A stretch of DNA of 64,000 nt, from NCBI RefSeq assembly GCF_006345805.1, contig NC_043000.1, forward strand, positions 156,922,001 through 156,986,000, given 5' to 3'. Below, piece after piece: positions 40,201-53,098 of this stretch. Numbering within the stretch: the first letter of the stretch is position 1; each line of letters opens with the position of its first letter. Source of the DNA: Octopus sinensis (taxonomy: Eukaryota). A model generated the notes under the pieces. That model did no database searches and was not told the DNA's origin. It saw nothing but the letters and a program-made list of their open reading frames with translations. Made by a program: the position numbers and the translations under genes.

Positions 40201-40619
40201 TATGCTATTCCCCTTTTCATCTGGTAGGCTGCGTTGTCCTTTCTTCCGATAGTTGGTTGTGGTTTGAGAAAGATTCAGTCTTTAGTTGCCATTGCTGATT
40301 CGGTGTTATCTCGCTCATCTATCTTCCTTACATTAGAAGCCTCTCAAACAGAAATTTTGTTAAAAAGCAGTAAACCAGATTCGCAGTGACAAGCAGTCAA
40401 TCTGGTTTACAAGGGTCAACAAAGCAATCAAAATAGGACTCTACTTGGATAGGGTGGAAGATATGGAAGAGGATGGGTGGAGATCGGGGTAGCAGGGGTA
40501 AGCGGTAAAGGAATGACAAAAATCTCCATTCTTGCTCTTGCGATAATGTTGTCGATAGTAAGACAGCATCCGTTTAATCTGCAGCCATCCGTCTCTGTTT
40601 CAATCCATATTATCAGGAT

Positions 40620-40679
40620 TATACACATACATATATACATACATACATACATGCATACATACATACATACATACATACA

Positions 40680-40713
<34 letters not shown>

Positions 40714-41040
40714 CATACATACATGCATACATACATACATACATACATACATGCATACATACATAAATACATACATACATGCATACATACATACATACAT
40801 GCATGCATACATACATACATACATACATACATACATACATGCATACATACATACATACATACATACATACATACATACATACATACATAATACATACATA
40901 CATACATACATACATACATACATACATTCATACATACATACATACATGCATACATACATACATACATGCATGCATACATACATACATACATACATACATA
41001 CATACATACATACATGCATGCATACATACATACATACAAA
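40620..41040. repeat. (CATA)n microsatellite
   Basis: Directly visible. Confidence 0.95.
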
Positions 41041-41127
41041 TGTGTGTGTATGTAAAAATATATACTTTTAATTTTTGTCTATGTGTGTAGCGTTTCTTGT
41101 GTGACTATGTATAAATATGTATTTAAA

Positions 41128-41160
<33 letters not shown>

Positions 41161-41377
41161 TATATATATATACATACATGTAAACAGTAAAAAATATATA
41201 TACATATGCACACACACACATGGACATGAACTAAAACAAAAACAAAATTTATTCTTTCAAATTATGGCACAAGACCAGCAAAGTTTTTTTACGGGGAAAT
41301 AGTAAGTCGATGACATCGATCCCCAGATCTTAAAGAAATACTGCTAATCATCTTGTCCGATTCCCTAACGATTCTGC

Positions 41378-41420
<43 letters not shown>

Positions 41421-41500
41421 TAATAATAATAATGATAACAACAACAACAACAATAATAATAATAATAATGATAATAATAATAATAATAATAACAATAATA

Positions 41501-41551
<51 letters not shown>

Positions 41552-41611
41552 TAACAACAACAACAACAATAATAATAATAATAATGATAATAATAATAAT
41601 ATAATAATAAC

Positions 41612-41649
<38 letters not shown>

Positions 41650-41708
41650 TAACAACAACAATAATAATAATAATAATGATAATAATAATAATAATAATAA
41701 CAATAATA

Positions 41709-41752
<44 letters not shown>

Positions 41753-41770
41753 AATGATAATAATAATAAA

Positions 41771-41806
<36 letters not shown>

Positions 41807-41861
41807 TAATAATGATGATGATGATGATGATGATGATGACGATGATGATGATGATGATATG

Positions 41862-41912
<51 letters not shown>

Positions 41913-41965
41913 TAATGATAACAACAACAACAACAATAATAATAATAATAATAATAACAATAATA

Positions 41966-42009
<44 letters not shown>

Positions 42010-42077
42010 AATGATAATATAATAATAATAATAATATAATAATAATAATATAACAATAATAATGATGATGATGATGA

Positions 42078-42109
<32 letters not shown>

Positions 42110-42113
42110 AATG

Positions 42114-42159
<46 letters not shown>

Positions 42160-42164
42160 TAATA

Positions 42165-42195
<31 letters not shown>

Positions 42196-42344
42196 CGATG
42201 ATGATGATGATGATAATGATAATAATAATAATAATAATAATATAATAATATAATAATAATAAATAATAATAATGATAACACACAACAACAACAATAATAA
42301 TATAATAATAATGATATAATAATAATAATAATATAACAATAATA

Positions 42345-42379
<35 letters not shown>

Positions 42380-42403
42380 AATGATAATAATAATAATAAT
42401 AAT
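41378..42403. repeat. ~1-kb (AAT)/(GAT)/(AAC) trinucleotide array
   Basis: Directly visible; source of the 330-357 aa homopolymer ORFs. Confidence 0.97.
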
Positions 42404-42590
42404 GGCTTCTGACTGAGGCACAATGCTAGCAATACTGAGGGTAGCGGCTAGTCGATAACATCCATCTCAGTACTTTACTGGCAACTTTAAGTTTATCGAC
42501 CCCGGATGGATAAAGGGTAGAGTTGAACTTGTCGGGATTTGAACTCAGAATGTAGAAAGCCGGAATAAATATAGCAAGCATTTTCAGAAG

Positions 42591-42629
<39 letters not shown>

Positions 42630-43134
42630 CATACACACACACACACATGCATACACGCACACACACATACACATACGTATATATGTACGCATGGATATAT
42701 GTGTGTGTGTGTGTACACTTATGTATACAGACATACAGACACATATATGCGTAAGAGTATGTACGCCTATGTGTGTGTGTTTGTATGTGTGTGTGTGCGC
42801 GCGCGTGTGCTAGCGTGCTTGTGTATTTATAACTGAATAGTCAAGAATTTCGCTTCGCAACCCCAAGGTTCTAGGATCGATTCTGCTGTGTATCCTCTTT
42901 GGCAAGTGTTAATTTCTATAAAATTTGAGAGACAGAAGCTGTTTTAGATATCCATCCATCAAGTGCATTGTATCAGTAATTCAAAAAGTATTGCCTTATG
43001 AAACGGCTGATCACTGGTCCGTATCGATGAAATGCTCGCTGATTCAGGAGTACAAGATTCAGTTGATTGAACAACTTCACTCTCATCATCGAACAATGGG
43101 AATTCTCTCATCATATAAACCTTTCATCTTTGCC

Positions 43135-44010
43135 TTGAGTCATTACACTGCAGCTATGCTGGGGCACCTCTTTAAAGGGTTTAGTCTAAAAAAAATAAAA
43201 ATAAATAAAATAAAAAACGATTCCAGTACTTATCATTTTCCCTAAGCTTGTTCTATCCGTCATTTTTGCCGAGCCGCTATGGGGACGTAAATAAACCAGC
43301 ACCGGTTGACAAGCTGTGGAAGACAAGCACAAAACCATACAGACACAAATACACACGTGAATATTTATGTATTGTATGTATGTATGTATGTATGTATGTA
43401 TGTACACATATGTGTGTATGTATGTATCTATGTATGTACATACGACAGACGTCTTTCAGTTTCTTATTTCTTCATTGCCCACAAGGGGCTAAACACAGAA
43501 GGGACAAACAAGGACAGACAAAGGGATTAAGGCGACTACATCAACACCAGTGCGTAACTGGTACTTAATGAAAGGCAAAGTCGACCTCGGTGGAATTTGA
43601 ACTCAGACGTAACGGCAGACGAAATACGGCTACGCATTTCGCCCGCCTTTGAATACCTATTTCTTTACTACCCACAAGGGGCTAAACACAGAGGGGACAA
43701 ACAAAGACCGACAAACGGATTAAGTCGATTATATCGACCCAGTGCGTAACTGGTACTTATTTAATCGACCCCCAAAAGATGAAAAGCAAAGTCGACCTCG
43801 GCGGAATTTGAACTCAGAACGTTGCGGTAGACGAAACACGGCTACGCATTTCGCCCGGCGTGCTAACGTTTCTGCCAGCTCGCCGACTTTCAGTTTCTGT
43901 CTACCAAATTCACTCACAAGGCTTTGGTCGTCAGGGGCCTACAGTTGAAGACACTTGCTCAAGGTGCCATACAGTAGTACTGAACGCAGGAACATGTAGG
44001 TGGGAAGCAA
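43135..44010 (-). mobile_element. Old SINE A copy split by a nested SINE B dimer
   Basis: A tail/body at 43135-43460 and A head at 43890-44010; break near gaaactgaaag. Confidence 0.75.
43462..43890 (-). mobile_element. SINE B dimer nested in SINE A
   Basis: Two B bodies head to tail, the second lacking part of the head. Confidence 0.85.
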
Positions 44011-45151
44011 ACTAACTAGTATTGCCAATTTTTGTGACAGGTGTATATTGTCCGTGGAGTCATTGTTATGTTCTGCTATGGCGATTGTTTTCACCATTAA
44101 TCATCATTTATCCTCTATGCTTTCATAATTAATCATCATTAATCATCCATGCTCTCATCATTAATCATCTATTTCACTAGCGAATTCTGATGTGAATACA
44201 TGGGTTACTCTCTCATGGTTTTGGTGACTGACAGTGGATCATCGTACTTGTCTGGCAAATTAAGCTGTAAAAGTCTTGAAGTTCACAACTTTCAAGTTTG
44301 TATTGAATTTATAAATAACATCGGATTTGTAATCACACTTACAAAACCGGACAATTGCAATGCATCACACAATACAAAATTAAATAAGATAACACAGCGC
44401 TAGAGGACAAAACATTTATTCTCCGTTGGATAATTCTCACGAAAATAATCTCAAGTTGGCTGCTGATCAGAAATGCAATTTTTCCACATCCAAAAATTAA
44501 CAGATATTTTTTTTTTCAGCTAGGAGTATGCTGCATAATGCGAAATAAAAAGAATCAAGGGAAATAATTCAAGTGGCCAATGGCATGAATTTGAATAATT
44601 CAAGTTAAAGGTGATATGAATGTTGTACATAACTTGTTCATTTTCTTTTGTTTGTCTTAGAGACAGAAAACAAGCAATTGTTAACGTTTCTCAAGCTGAA
44701 GAGAAAGTATTTTAAAGAAACTAAAAATATATTTCTCAAATTAGTTTACATGCTCGGAGAATCTGATATTTGTTGAAGGCATATGTATATATATATATAT
44801 ATGATAAGGTATGTTAGACTTCGTCAGTATAGCAGATCAGATACTGAATTTTTGCATATAGAAAACGAATAAGGTATATTTTTGGCCAAAGATAATTTGC
44901 ATGATTAAAAATAAGAAGAGTTAAAAGAAATAACTCTGTGGGCGAAGGACAAACCAAGTTAATTTGCATGATTGCATATAAGAGAAATAAGAAAAAAATA
45001 ACTCAGTGATCGGAGCCCAATGTCATAATTTTGAACAAACCTACCGAAGGTTATGCAAAGATGTGTGTAACTTTATTAATCGATACAAGAAGTTCAAATT
45101 AGACATATTGGTCACGCAACTCTTCCTCTTTACAAAAGTATCACTCATCAT

Positions 45152-45560
45152 AGGCGTAGGAGTGGCTGTGTGGTAAGTAGCTTGCTTACGAACCACATGG
45201 TTCCAGGTTCAGTCCCACTGCGTGGCACCTTGGGCAAGTGTCTTCTACTATAGCCTCGGGCCGACCAAAGCCTTGTGAGTGGATTTGGTACACGGAAACT
45301 GAAAGAAGCCCGTCGTATATATGTATATATATTTATATATGTATGTGTGTGTATATGTTTGTGTGTCTGTGTTTGTCCCCCCAACATCGCTTGACAACCG
45401 ATGCTGGTGTGTTTACGTCTCCGTAACTTAGCGGTTCGGCAAAAGAGACCGATAGAATAAGTACTAGGCTTACAAAGAATAAGTCCTGTGGTCGATTTGC
45501 TAGACTAAAGGCGGTGCTCCAGCATGGCCACTGTCAAATGACTGAAACAAATAAAAGAGT
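45152..45560 (+). mobile_element. SINE family A
   Basis: Full-length match. Confidence 0.92.
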
Positions 45561-45589
45561 ATAGTTTTTATCATAAACGATGCTTCTGT

Positions 45590-46850
45590 GCTTTAGTTGA
45601 ACTCAAATTACGAATCCTCTTTGAAAAAGTCCAGGGGCGTGCTGTTATACCCACCTCTTTACCTCGTCTGTACCGTCAAATATCTGTCTCCAAAGATTGT
45701 CCTTCATTGAACCGAACAGATGAGTTGAAGGATGCCAGATGCAGAAAGTACAGGGGACGGAGGGTGACTGAGCAGCCTAGTTTGCCGATTATCTGCTTTG
45801 TTGCCAAACATGCGCGTGGTAGTGCATCGTCATGGTGAACGAGGAGAATTTTCAATTTATTGTTTGGTCTATTCTTCTTCGGGTTTATTTAAACTTTTTG
45901 GGGTGCCTTAGTGTACTACTTGCAGTACAAACTACGTTCGAGAATATCAAGGAGGCTGAAGCCCTTGTCATCACCCGAATCAGTCACCTTGACTTTCTTT
46001 GCCGATCGCTGACTCTCAAATTTCATAGGTCAGAGAGAAGTGGTGTGATGCTATTCCATAAATTGAGCCTTCGTTACCAGATCATAAATTTACGCTCACG
46101 CGTTATCCCCAGACACAGCGAACCTTCATTGCCTTCCAACGGATCATAGTAGACTTCCACCTTCCTTCTTTCAAATCGGGTGTCACACTTTCCCACAGCC
46201 AACGTCTTCTACCACCTTCTGTAATGCACTGTGACCGCAGTCCAGCTGTGTAGCATGCTTTCGGATTATGACTTGACAGTCTGCGCGAATTCGTTAACTC
46301 ATTGGTGATTTCTGTCAGTGGTCACAGCTGATGGTCTTTCACTACATGGTCTGTCTCGACCAGATCATAAATTTACACTCACGTTTTATCCCCAGAAACA
46401 ACGTGCCTTCATAGCCTTCAAACACTTCCAACGAATCATAGTAGACTTCCATCTTCCTTCTTTTAAATCGGGTGTCGCACTCTCCCACAGCCAAAGTCTT
46501 CTACCACCTTCTGTAATGCACTGTGACCACAGTCCAGCTGTGTAGCATGCTATCGGATCATGACTTGACAGCCTGCGCGAATCAATTCGTTAACTCTTTG
46601 GTAATTTCTGTCAGTGGTCACAGTTGATGGTCCCTCACTACAAGGTCTGTCTCTAATACTGCTTTCCTCATTTCTAAAAATGTCTTTTTCTCTCTGCGTC
46701 CATTCCTCTTAACAACATTGTCATCTCTGTAAGCATGTAACCATCTGTGGATGACGGACAGCTGCATCCCGTCTTCATGAACTCAACGATGGTACAGTGC
46801 TTATACTTGGGACCCGTCATTTTACCTGCAATGAAGAATAACAGAAAGGG
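45590..46850 (-). mobile_element. Decayed mariner (DD34D-type) transposase with internal tandem duplication
   Basis: Minus strand reads HHDDALPRACLATKQIIGKLGCSV...HLFGSMKDNL, cf. HDNARPH...LGWEVLPHPPYSPDLAPSDFHLFGSLK. A ~285-bp segment is duplicated at 46076-46358 and 46359-46653. Confidence 0.7.
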
Positions 46851-47057
46851 AAGAGCTCGAAAAGAAAGTGCTTTTCTACCAGCACGTGTAACTTGAAGAC
46901 CTATGTCAGTTAACAAAAAAAAAAAAAAAATGTTCTCCTTTGCATTGCATTCATTGGGACCATTGTAAATGTAAAGCCCTGATTTCTGGACTGCAACCAT
47001 AATGAGACTGGATTATACTGTACTATAAAAATTAGAAACATGTATTCGTATGCATTG

Positions 47058-47973
47058 TACCTATTTCTTTACTACCCACAAGGGGCTAAACACAGAGGGG
47101 ACAAACAAGGACAAACAAAGGGATTAAGTCGATTATATCGACCCCAGTGCGTAACTGGTACTTAATTCATCGACCCCGAAAGAATGAAAGGCAAAGTCGA
47201 CCTCGGCGGAATTTGAACTCAGAACGTAACAGCAGACGAAATACCGCTCAGTAATTCGCCCGGCGTGCTCACGTTTCTGCCAGCTCGCCGCCTTACCTAT
47301 TTCTTTACTACCCACAAGGGGCTAAACACAGAGAGGACAGACAAGGAGATTAAGTTGATTACATCGACCCCAGTGCGTAACTGGTACTTAATTTATCGAC
47401 CCCGTAAGGATGAAAGGCCAAGTCGACCTCGGCGGAATTTGAACTCAGAACGTAACGGCAGACGAAATACCGCGCAGTATTTCGCCCGGCGTGCTAACGT
47501 TTCTGTCAGCTCGCCGCCTTACCTATTTCTTTACTACCCACAAGGGGCTAAACACAGAGAGGACAGACAAGGAGATTAAGTTGATTACATCGACCCCAGT
47601 GCGTAACTGGTACTTAATTTATCGACCCCGTAAGGATGAAGGCCAAGTCGACCTCGGCGGAATTTGAACTCAGAACGTAACGGCAGACGAAATACCGCTC
47701 AGTAATTCGCCCGGCGTGCTAACGTTTCTGTCAGCTCGCCGCCTTACCTATTTCTTTACTACCACAAGGGGCTAAACACAGAGAGGACAGACAAGGAGAT
47801 TAAGTTGATTACATCGACCCCAGTGCGTAACTGGTACTTAATTTATCGACCCCGTAAGGATGAAAGGCCAAGTCGACCTCGGCGGAATTTGAACTCAGAA
47901 CGTAACAGCAGACGAAATACCGCTCAGTAATTCGCCCGGCGTGCTCACGTTTCTGCCAGCTCGCCGCCGCCTT
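47058..47973 (-). mobile_element. SINE B tetramer within a single 17-bp TSD
   Basis: Units start at about 47058, 47294, 47520 and 47745; ttcgtatgcat(t/c)gtacc at 47045-47061 and 47974-47990. Confidence 0.92.
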
Positions 47974-48158
47974 TTCGTATGCATCGTACCTTGTCTGTAA
48001 CAAAGCTCACACCGTCCTAGCGTGTAACAAAGATGTCACTAGCAATGTAAATTAACGGCGTTATTTATTATTTATGATTTCTTGAAATTATTCCCTTCAC
48101 CTCAGAGAATTTACTAACAATTGTCTCTCAGATCTATGCAAGAAAAAAAAAAAATAAT

Positions 48159-48575
48159 GGCGCAGGAGTGGCTGTGTGGCAAGTAGCTTGCCAACCAACC
48201 ACATGGTTCCGGGTTCAGTCCCACTGCGTGGCATCTTGGGCAAGTGTCTTCTGCTATAGCCTCGGGCCGACCAATGCCTTGTGAGTGGATTTGGTAGACG
48301 GAAACTGAAAGAAGCCTGTCGTATATATGTATATATATATATGTATGTGTGTGTATATGTTTGTGTGTCTGTGTTTGTCCCTCTAGCATTGCTTGACAAC
48401 CGATGCTGGTGTGTTTACGTCCCCGTTACTTAGCGGTTCGGCAAAAGAAGACCGATAGAATAAGTACTGGGCTTACAAAAAGAATAAGTCCCGGTGTCGA
48501 TTTGCTCGACTAAAAGGCGGTGCTACAGCATGGCCGCAGTCAAATGACTGAAACAAGTAAAAGAGAGAAAAGAGT
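48159..48575 (+). mobile_element. SINE family A
   Basis: Full-length match. Confidence 0.92.
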
Positions 48576-48924
48576 AATGTGTTGACCAAGTAACAAAAGA
48601 ACAGTCAAAACTTTACTGGAATTGTAAATTAAGCATATTTCCAGATAAAAACAATTTCTATTATTCCTCTTTAGGATTTGATATTATTTTTATCTATTTT
48701 CCTTTGTAGATAAAAGTTCGGTCTGCTAATAATATTTTGAATGTCATGGTCTCTCCGCTACCCTATTTACGCCTCCTCCTCCTCCTCTTCCTCTTCCTGC
48801 TCCGCAAGTTCATTTGGATGACATATATGACTTTGATGGAATGTGGCGATCTATTTATCTATTTTAGTGACTACCAACCAGTTTTTGTACTGCGTCATTC
48901 GTTTCTGACACATACTCACGCACA

Positions 48925-48925
48925 C

Positions 48926-49015
<90 letters not shown>

Positions 49016-49048
49016 ATACCTGTCTATCTGTCTGTCTGTCTGTCTGAC

Positions 49049-49079
<31 letters not shown>

Positions 49080-49080
49080 A
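48925..49080. repeat. (ATCT)n(GTCT)n microsatellite
   Basis: Directly visible. Confidence 0.95.
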
Positions 49081-49094
49081 TGCATATATACTCG

Positions 49095-49498
49095 TTACTC
49101 TTTTACTTGTTTCGATCATTTGACTGCGGCCATGCTGGAGCACCGCCTTTAGTCGAGCAAATCTACCCCAGGACTTATTCCTTGTAAGCCTAGTACTTAT
49201 TCCATCGGTTTCTTTTGACGAACCGCTAAGTTACAGGGATGTAAACACACCAGCATCGGTTGTCAAGTGATGTTGGGGGTACAATCATAGACACATAAAC
49301 ATATACACACACGTCACATACATATATACATATATACGACGGGCTTCTTTCAGTTTCCGTCTACCAAATCCACTCACAAAGCTTTGGTCGGTCCGAGGCT
49401 ATCGTAGAAGACACTTGTCCAAGGTGCCACGCAATGGGACTGAACCTGGAACCATGTAGTTTGTAAGCAAGTTACTTACCACACAGCCACTCCTGCGC
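49095..49498 (-). mobile_element. SINE family A
   Basis: Full-length, moderately diverged. Confidence 0.9.
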
Positions 49499-49920
49499 AT
49501 GTATGTGTACATGCTTGTGTGTGTAACAGTTTTTTTATTAAAAAAAATCTTTGACTTCTTACAAAGAAAGCGCTCGCATGTGACAGAGAAACAGCTTTAA
49601 ACAAAGCTCTGTCTCTATAGTTCAGCAAAATGACGAGTTCTAAAGTTGAACTTTAGAAAAATCATGCATATTTTTATTGTTACTCTTACAAATTGTATTT
49701 ATAAAGAGCGTAGTAGCTGGTCATGCTCTTTGCTTGTAAACATTAGCTTTTAGAGATGGCCATTTAGACATTTACTAACATAACTGCGTGCAAAAATAAC
49801 TATTGGTATAAATATAAATTTATAGTCTGGAAAAAGAAGGCCTATTTTGAAAGAAATATTCACAACTGCCGGGCAGCTGACATTTAACGACTCTCCACTT
49901 TTAACAACTCTCCCCAAACA

Positions 49921-50090
49921 CAGGCGTAGCTGGGTGGTAAGAAGTTTGCATTCCAACCACATGGTTCCGGTTTTAATCACACTGTGCAGCAACTTGGATA
50001 TCTTCTTCCATAGCCTCAGGCCGACTAAAGCTTCGTGAGTGGATTTGACAGACGGAAACTGAAAGGAGCCCGTCGTATATATAGATATAT
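49921..50090 (+). mobile_element. Old SINE A head fragment
   Basis: Diverged head ending at the internal (TA)n. Confidence 0.75.
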
Positions 50091-50094
50091 ATAT

Positions 50095-50551
50095 TGTGTC
50101 TAAAGCCAGCTGGAGACGATGATCTCCTGGGGCTAAAAAGCTACAGTAACACCCACCCTTAGTGGTTAGCCATATTGATATGGCTAGTATACTTTACGTT
50201 GTCGAGCAGTTACTGTTTACATCTCGTTCAGAGATTTATTATTCTTGCAGACAGTTTTTCAAAATCAGTGACGGAAGTCACTAGAAAAGTCCATAAGTAT
50301 TTGCAAACAGGTCTTCCTTTCGTCGTAAACCGGTGATTACTCTACGTTGACAAGAGGCAAATACCTCGAAACTGCAGTCCATGCGTATCGCTTCGGTTTA
50401 CGAGAGAGGGATACCTCCCTTTGCAAATACCATAAGGGCACAGAAAGTGTGCCTAAAGCCAGCTGGAGACGATGATCTCCTGCGGCTAAAAGCTACAGTA
50501 ACACCCACCCTTAGTGGTTAGCCATATTGAGATGGCTAGTATACTTTACGT
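50095..50551 (+). mobile_element. Retrozyme-like 1.3-mer (353-bp period) in (TA)n
   Basis: Direct repeats 50095-50199 and 50448-50551 (4 differences) flank a hammerhead rod; (TA)n on both sides; no ORF. Confidence 0.75.
50297..50430 (+). ncRNA. Type I hammerhead ribozyme with U3-A8 core and long stem I
   Basis: TTGACAA-GAGG caaata CCTC-GAAA-C TGCA G-TC; predicted cut after 50379. Outer helices tcgtaaaccg/cggtttacga (10 bp) and gtatttgcaaa/tttgcaaatac (11 bp). Confidence 0.78.
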
Positions 50552-50577
50552 ATATATATATATATAAGAATATACGA

Positions 50578-51170
50578 AGCTTGTTTCTCAACCGCATGGT
50601 TCTGGGTTCAGTCCCACTACGAGACACCTTGGGCAAGTGTCATCTACTATAGCTTCAGTCCGACCAAAGCCTTCTGAGTGGATTTGGGAGACGAAAACTG
50701 AAAGAATCCCGTTGTATAAATATATATGTATCTATATATTTATGTGTGTGTGTCTTTGTATCTGTGTTTGTCCCCCACCATCACCACTTGACAACCGTTA
50801 TTGGTGTGTTTATGTCCCCGTAATTTAGCGGTTCGGTAAAAGAGACCAACAGAATAAGTACCAGGCTTTTAAAAGAATAATTAGTCTTGGGATCGATTTG
50901 TTTGAATAAAAGGTGTGTGTGTGTGAGTTTGTACGTGTGTGGGAAGTTGTAGGGGTGTCTTTGTGTTTGTGTTTCTTTCCCCGTCACCACTTAACAACCG
51001 GTGTTAGTGTGTTTACATCCTCGTGACTTAGCGTTTCGGTAAAAGAGAACAATAGACTAAGTAACAGGCTTTAATAAAGTACTCGGGATTGATTCATTCG
51101 ACTAAAAGTCTTCAAGGCAGTGCCCCAGAATGGCCGCAATGTAATGACTGAAACAAGTAAAAGGTAAAAG
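50578..51170 (+). mobile_element. Old SINE A-related copies (two bodies in tandem)
   Basis: Body motif repeated at about 50.78 and 50.99 kb; a related inverted fragment lies at 55325-55460. Confidence 0.7.
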
Positions 51171-51179
51171 ACAAAGGAT

Positions 51180-51680
51180 ATATGTATGTATGTGTGTATG
51201 TATGTATGTATGTATGTATGTATGTATGTATGTGTATGTATGTATGTATGTGTGTGTGTGTGTATGTATATATGTATGTATGTATGTATGTATGAATGTA
51301 TGTATGTGTATGTATGTATGTATGTGTGTATGTATGTATGTATGTATGTATGAATGTATGTATGTGTGTATGTATGTATGTATGTATGTATGTGTGTATG
51401 TATGTATGTATGTATGTATGTATGAATGTATGTATGTGTATGTATGTATGTATGTGTGTGTGTATGTATGTATGTATGAATGTATGTATGTATGTATGTA
51501 TGTATGTATGTATGTATGTATGTATGTATGTATGTATGTATGAATGTATGTATGTGTCTGTGTATGTATGTATGTATGTTTGTATTTATGTATGTTTGTA
51601 TGTATGTATGTATGTATGTATGCATGTATGCATGTATGTATGTATGTATGTTTGTATGTATGTGTTTGTGTGTGTGTATG
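51180..51680. repeat. (TATG)n microsatellite
   Basis: Directly visible. Confidence 0.95.
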
Positions 51681-52703
51681 CGTAGGTCTCCGTTGTGCCC
51701 CACCAACATCTACGATTCAAAGCTTATATAAAATGATTTAGTTTTTGTGTCCTGTGCTTCTTGGTTCCGTTTGTTTGTTTAGCTGGTTGGTGTGACCGTC
51801 AGTCGGTCGGTTGGCCGGTTGTTCGGTTTAATTTCTTAAGTTGAGTTTTAAGTTTCTTGTTATTACTGTTGTTATTACTGAAATCGTTACTTAGATTCAG
51901 AATGAAGTTGTCAACTTTCTTGACAGCTACATTTAATAAAAACAACCAAGAATAGACTTTATAAACCTCAGGGAAATTCATCTCAGCTTATATATCCACG
52001 TTGCCAATTTCTTTCTTTTACTATTTGAAAGATTGTTAGGGTGGTGTACTAACGGAATCGTTAGAGCATCGAGAAAAATCATCTTGAGGTGTATTTATTC
52101 CTTGTTGCGTTCTGAGTTCAAATCTCGCTGAGATCTAATTCTACTTTTATTCCTCTGGGATCTATAAAATAAATCGCCAGTCAAGCAGACGAGTCGATGT
52201 AATTAATTCTTGTCCACCAAGTTGTTGGCCTTGCGGCTATATGAGAAAACTTGTTCAAGAGTGATAGACTGGCAGAATTATTAGAGCGTTGAAAAAACGT
52301 CCTACCATATTACTCATGGATGTTTACGTTTTAACTCCAAATCCTTTTGGCCGTTTCCCTATATTAAAACCGATTATTTAGAAGGCAGTGAATGGCAACA
52401 TTTGTAGATCGTAAGACAAATTTCTTGGCGGCATTTGTTCCAGATTTTTTGTTAAATCCTGACGAAGTCAACTTTACTTTTTATCTTTCAAAGGTCGATA
52501 AAACAAAGTGCTGGTCAAATACTGGATTTGGTATAGAGTTATTTTAAGGATGGAAAGGATATAAGATAGTCATATGGGAAAGAAATGATAGCGAAAAACC
52601 AGAAGTGGCGACAGTTAATTCGTAAAGAAATAAAAGTAATAAAAGAAAAGAAAAACAATCGTAAGTTTGAAACTTACAATATACGTTTATCTATATATAT
52701 ATA

Positions 52704-53098
52704 TTTTACTTGTTTCAGTCATTTGACTGTGGCCATGCTGGAGCACCGCCTTTAGTCGAACAAATCGACCCCAGGACTTATTCTTTGTAAGCCCAGTACT
52801 TATTCTATCGATCTCTTTTGCCGAACCGCTAAGTGACGGGGACATAAACACACCAGCATCGGTTGTCAAGCAATGCTAGGGGGACAAACACACACACACA
52901 AACACAGAAACACACACATATATATATATACATATATACAACAGGCTTCTTTCAGTTTCCGTCTACCAAATCCACTCACAAGGCATTGGTCAGCCCGGGG
53001 CTATAATAGAAGACAATTGCCCAAGATGCCACGCAGTGGGACTGAACCCGGAACCATGTGGTTGGTTAGCAAGCTACTTACCACACAGCCACTCCTGC
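52704..53098 (-). mobile_element. SINE family A
   Basis: Full-length match. Confidence 0.92.

Noticed and set aside
41289-42432. 330-357 aa homopolymeric ORFs
   Set aside because: Trinucleotide array; no complex sequence.
49637-49657. 10-bp perfect palindrome ttctaaagtt-g-aactttagaa
   Set aside because: Isolated and AT-rich; expected occasionally by chance.
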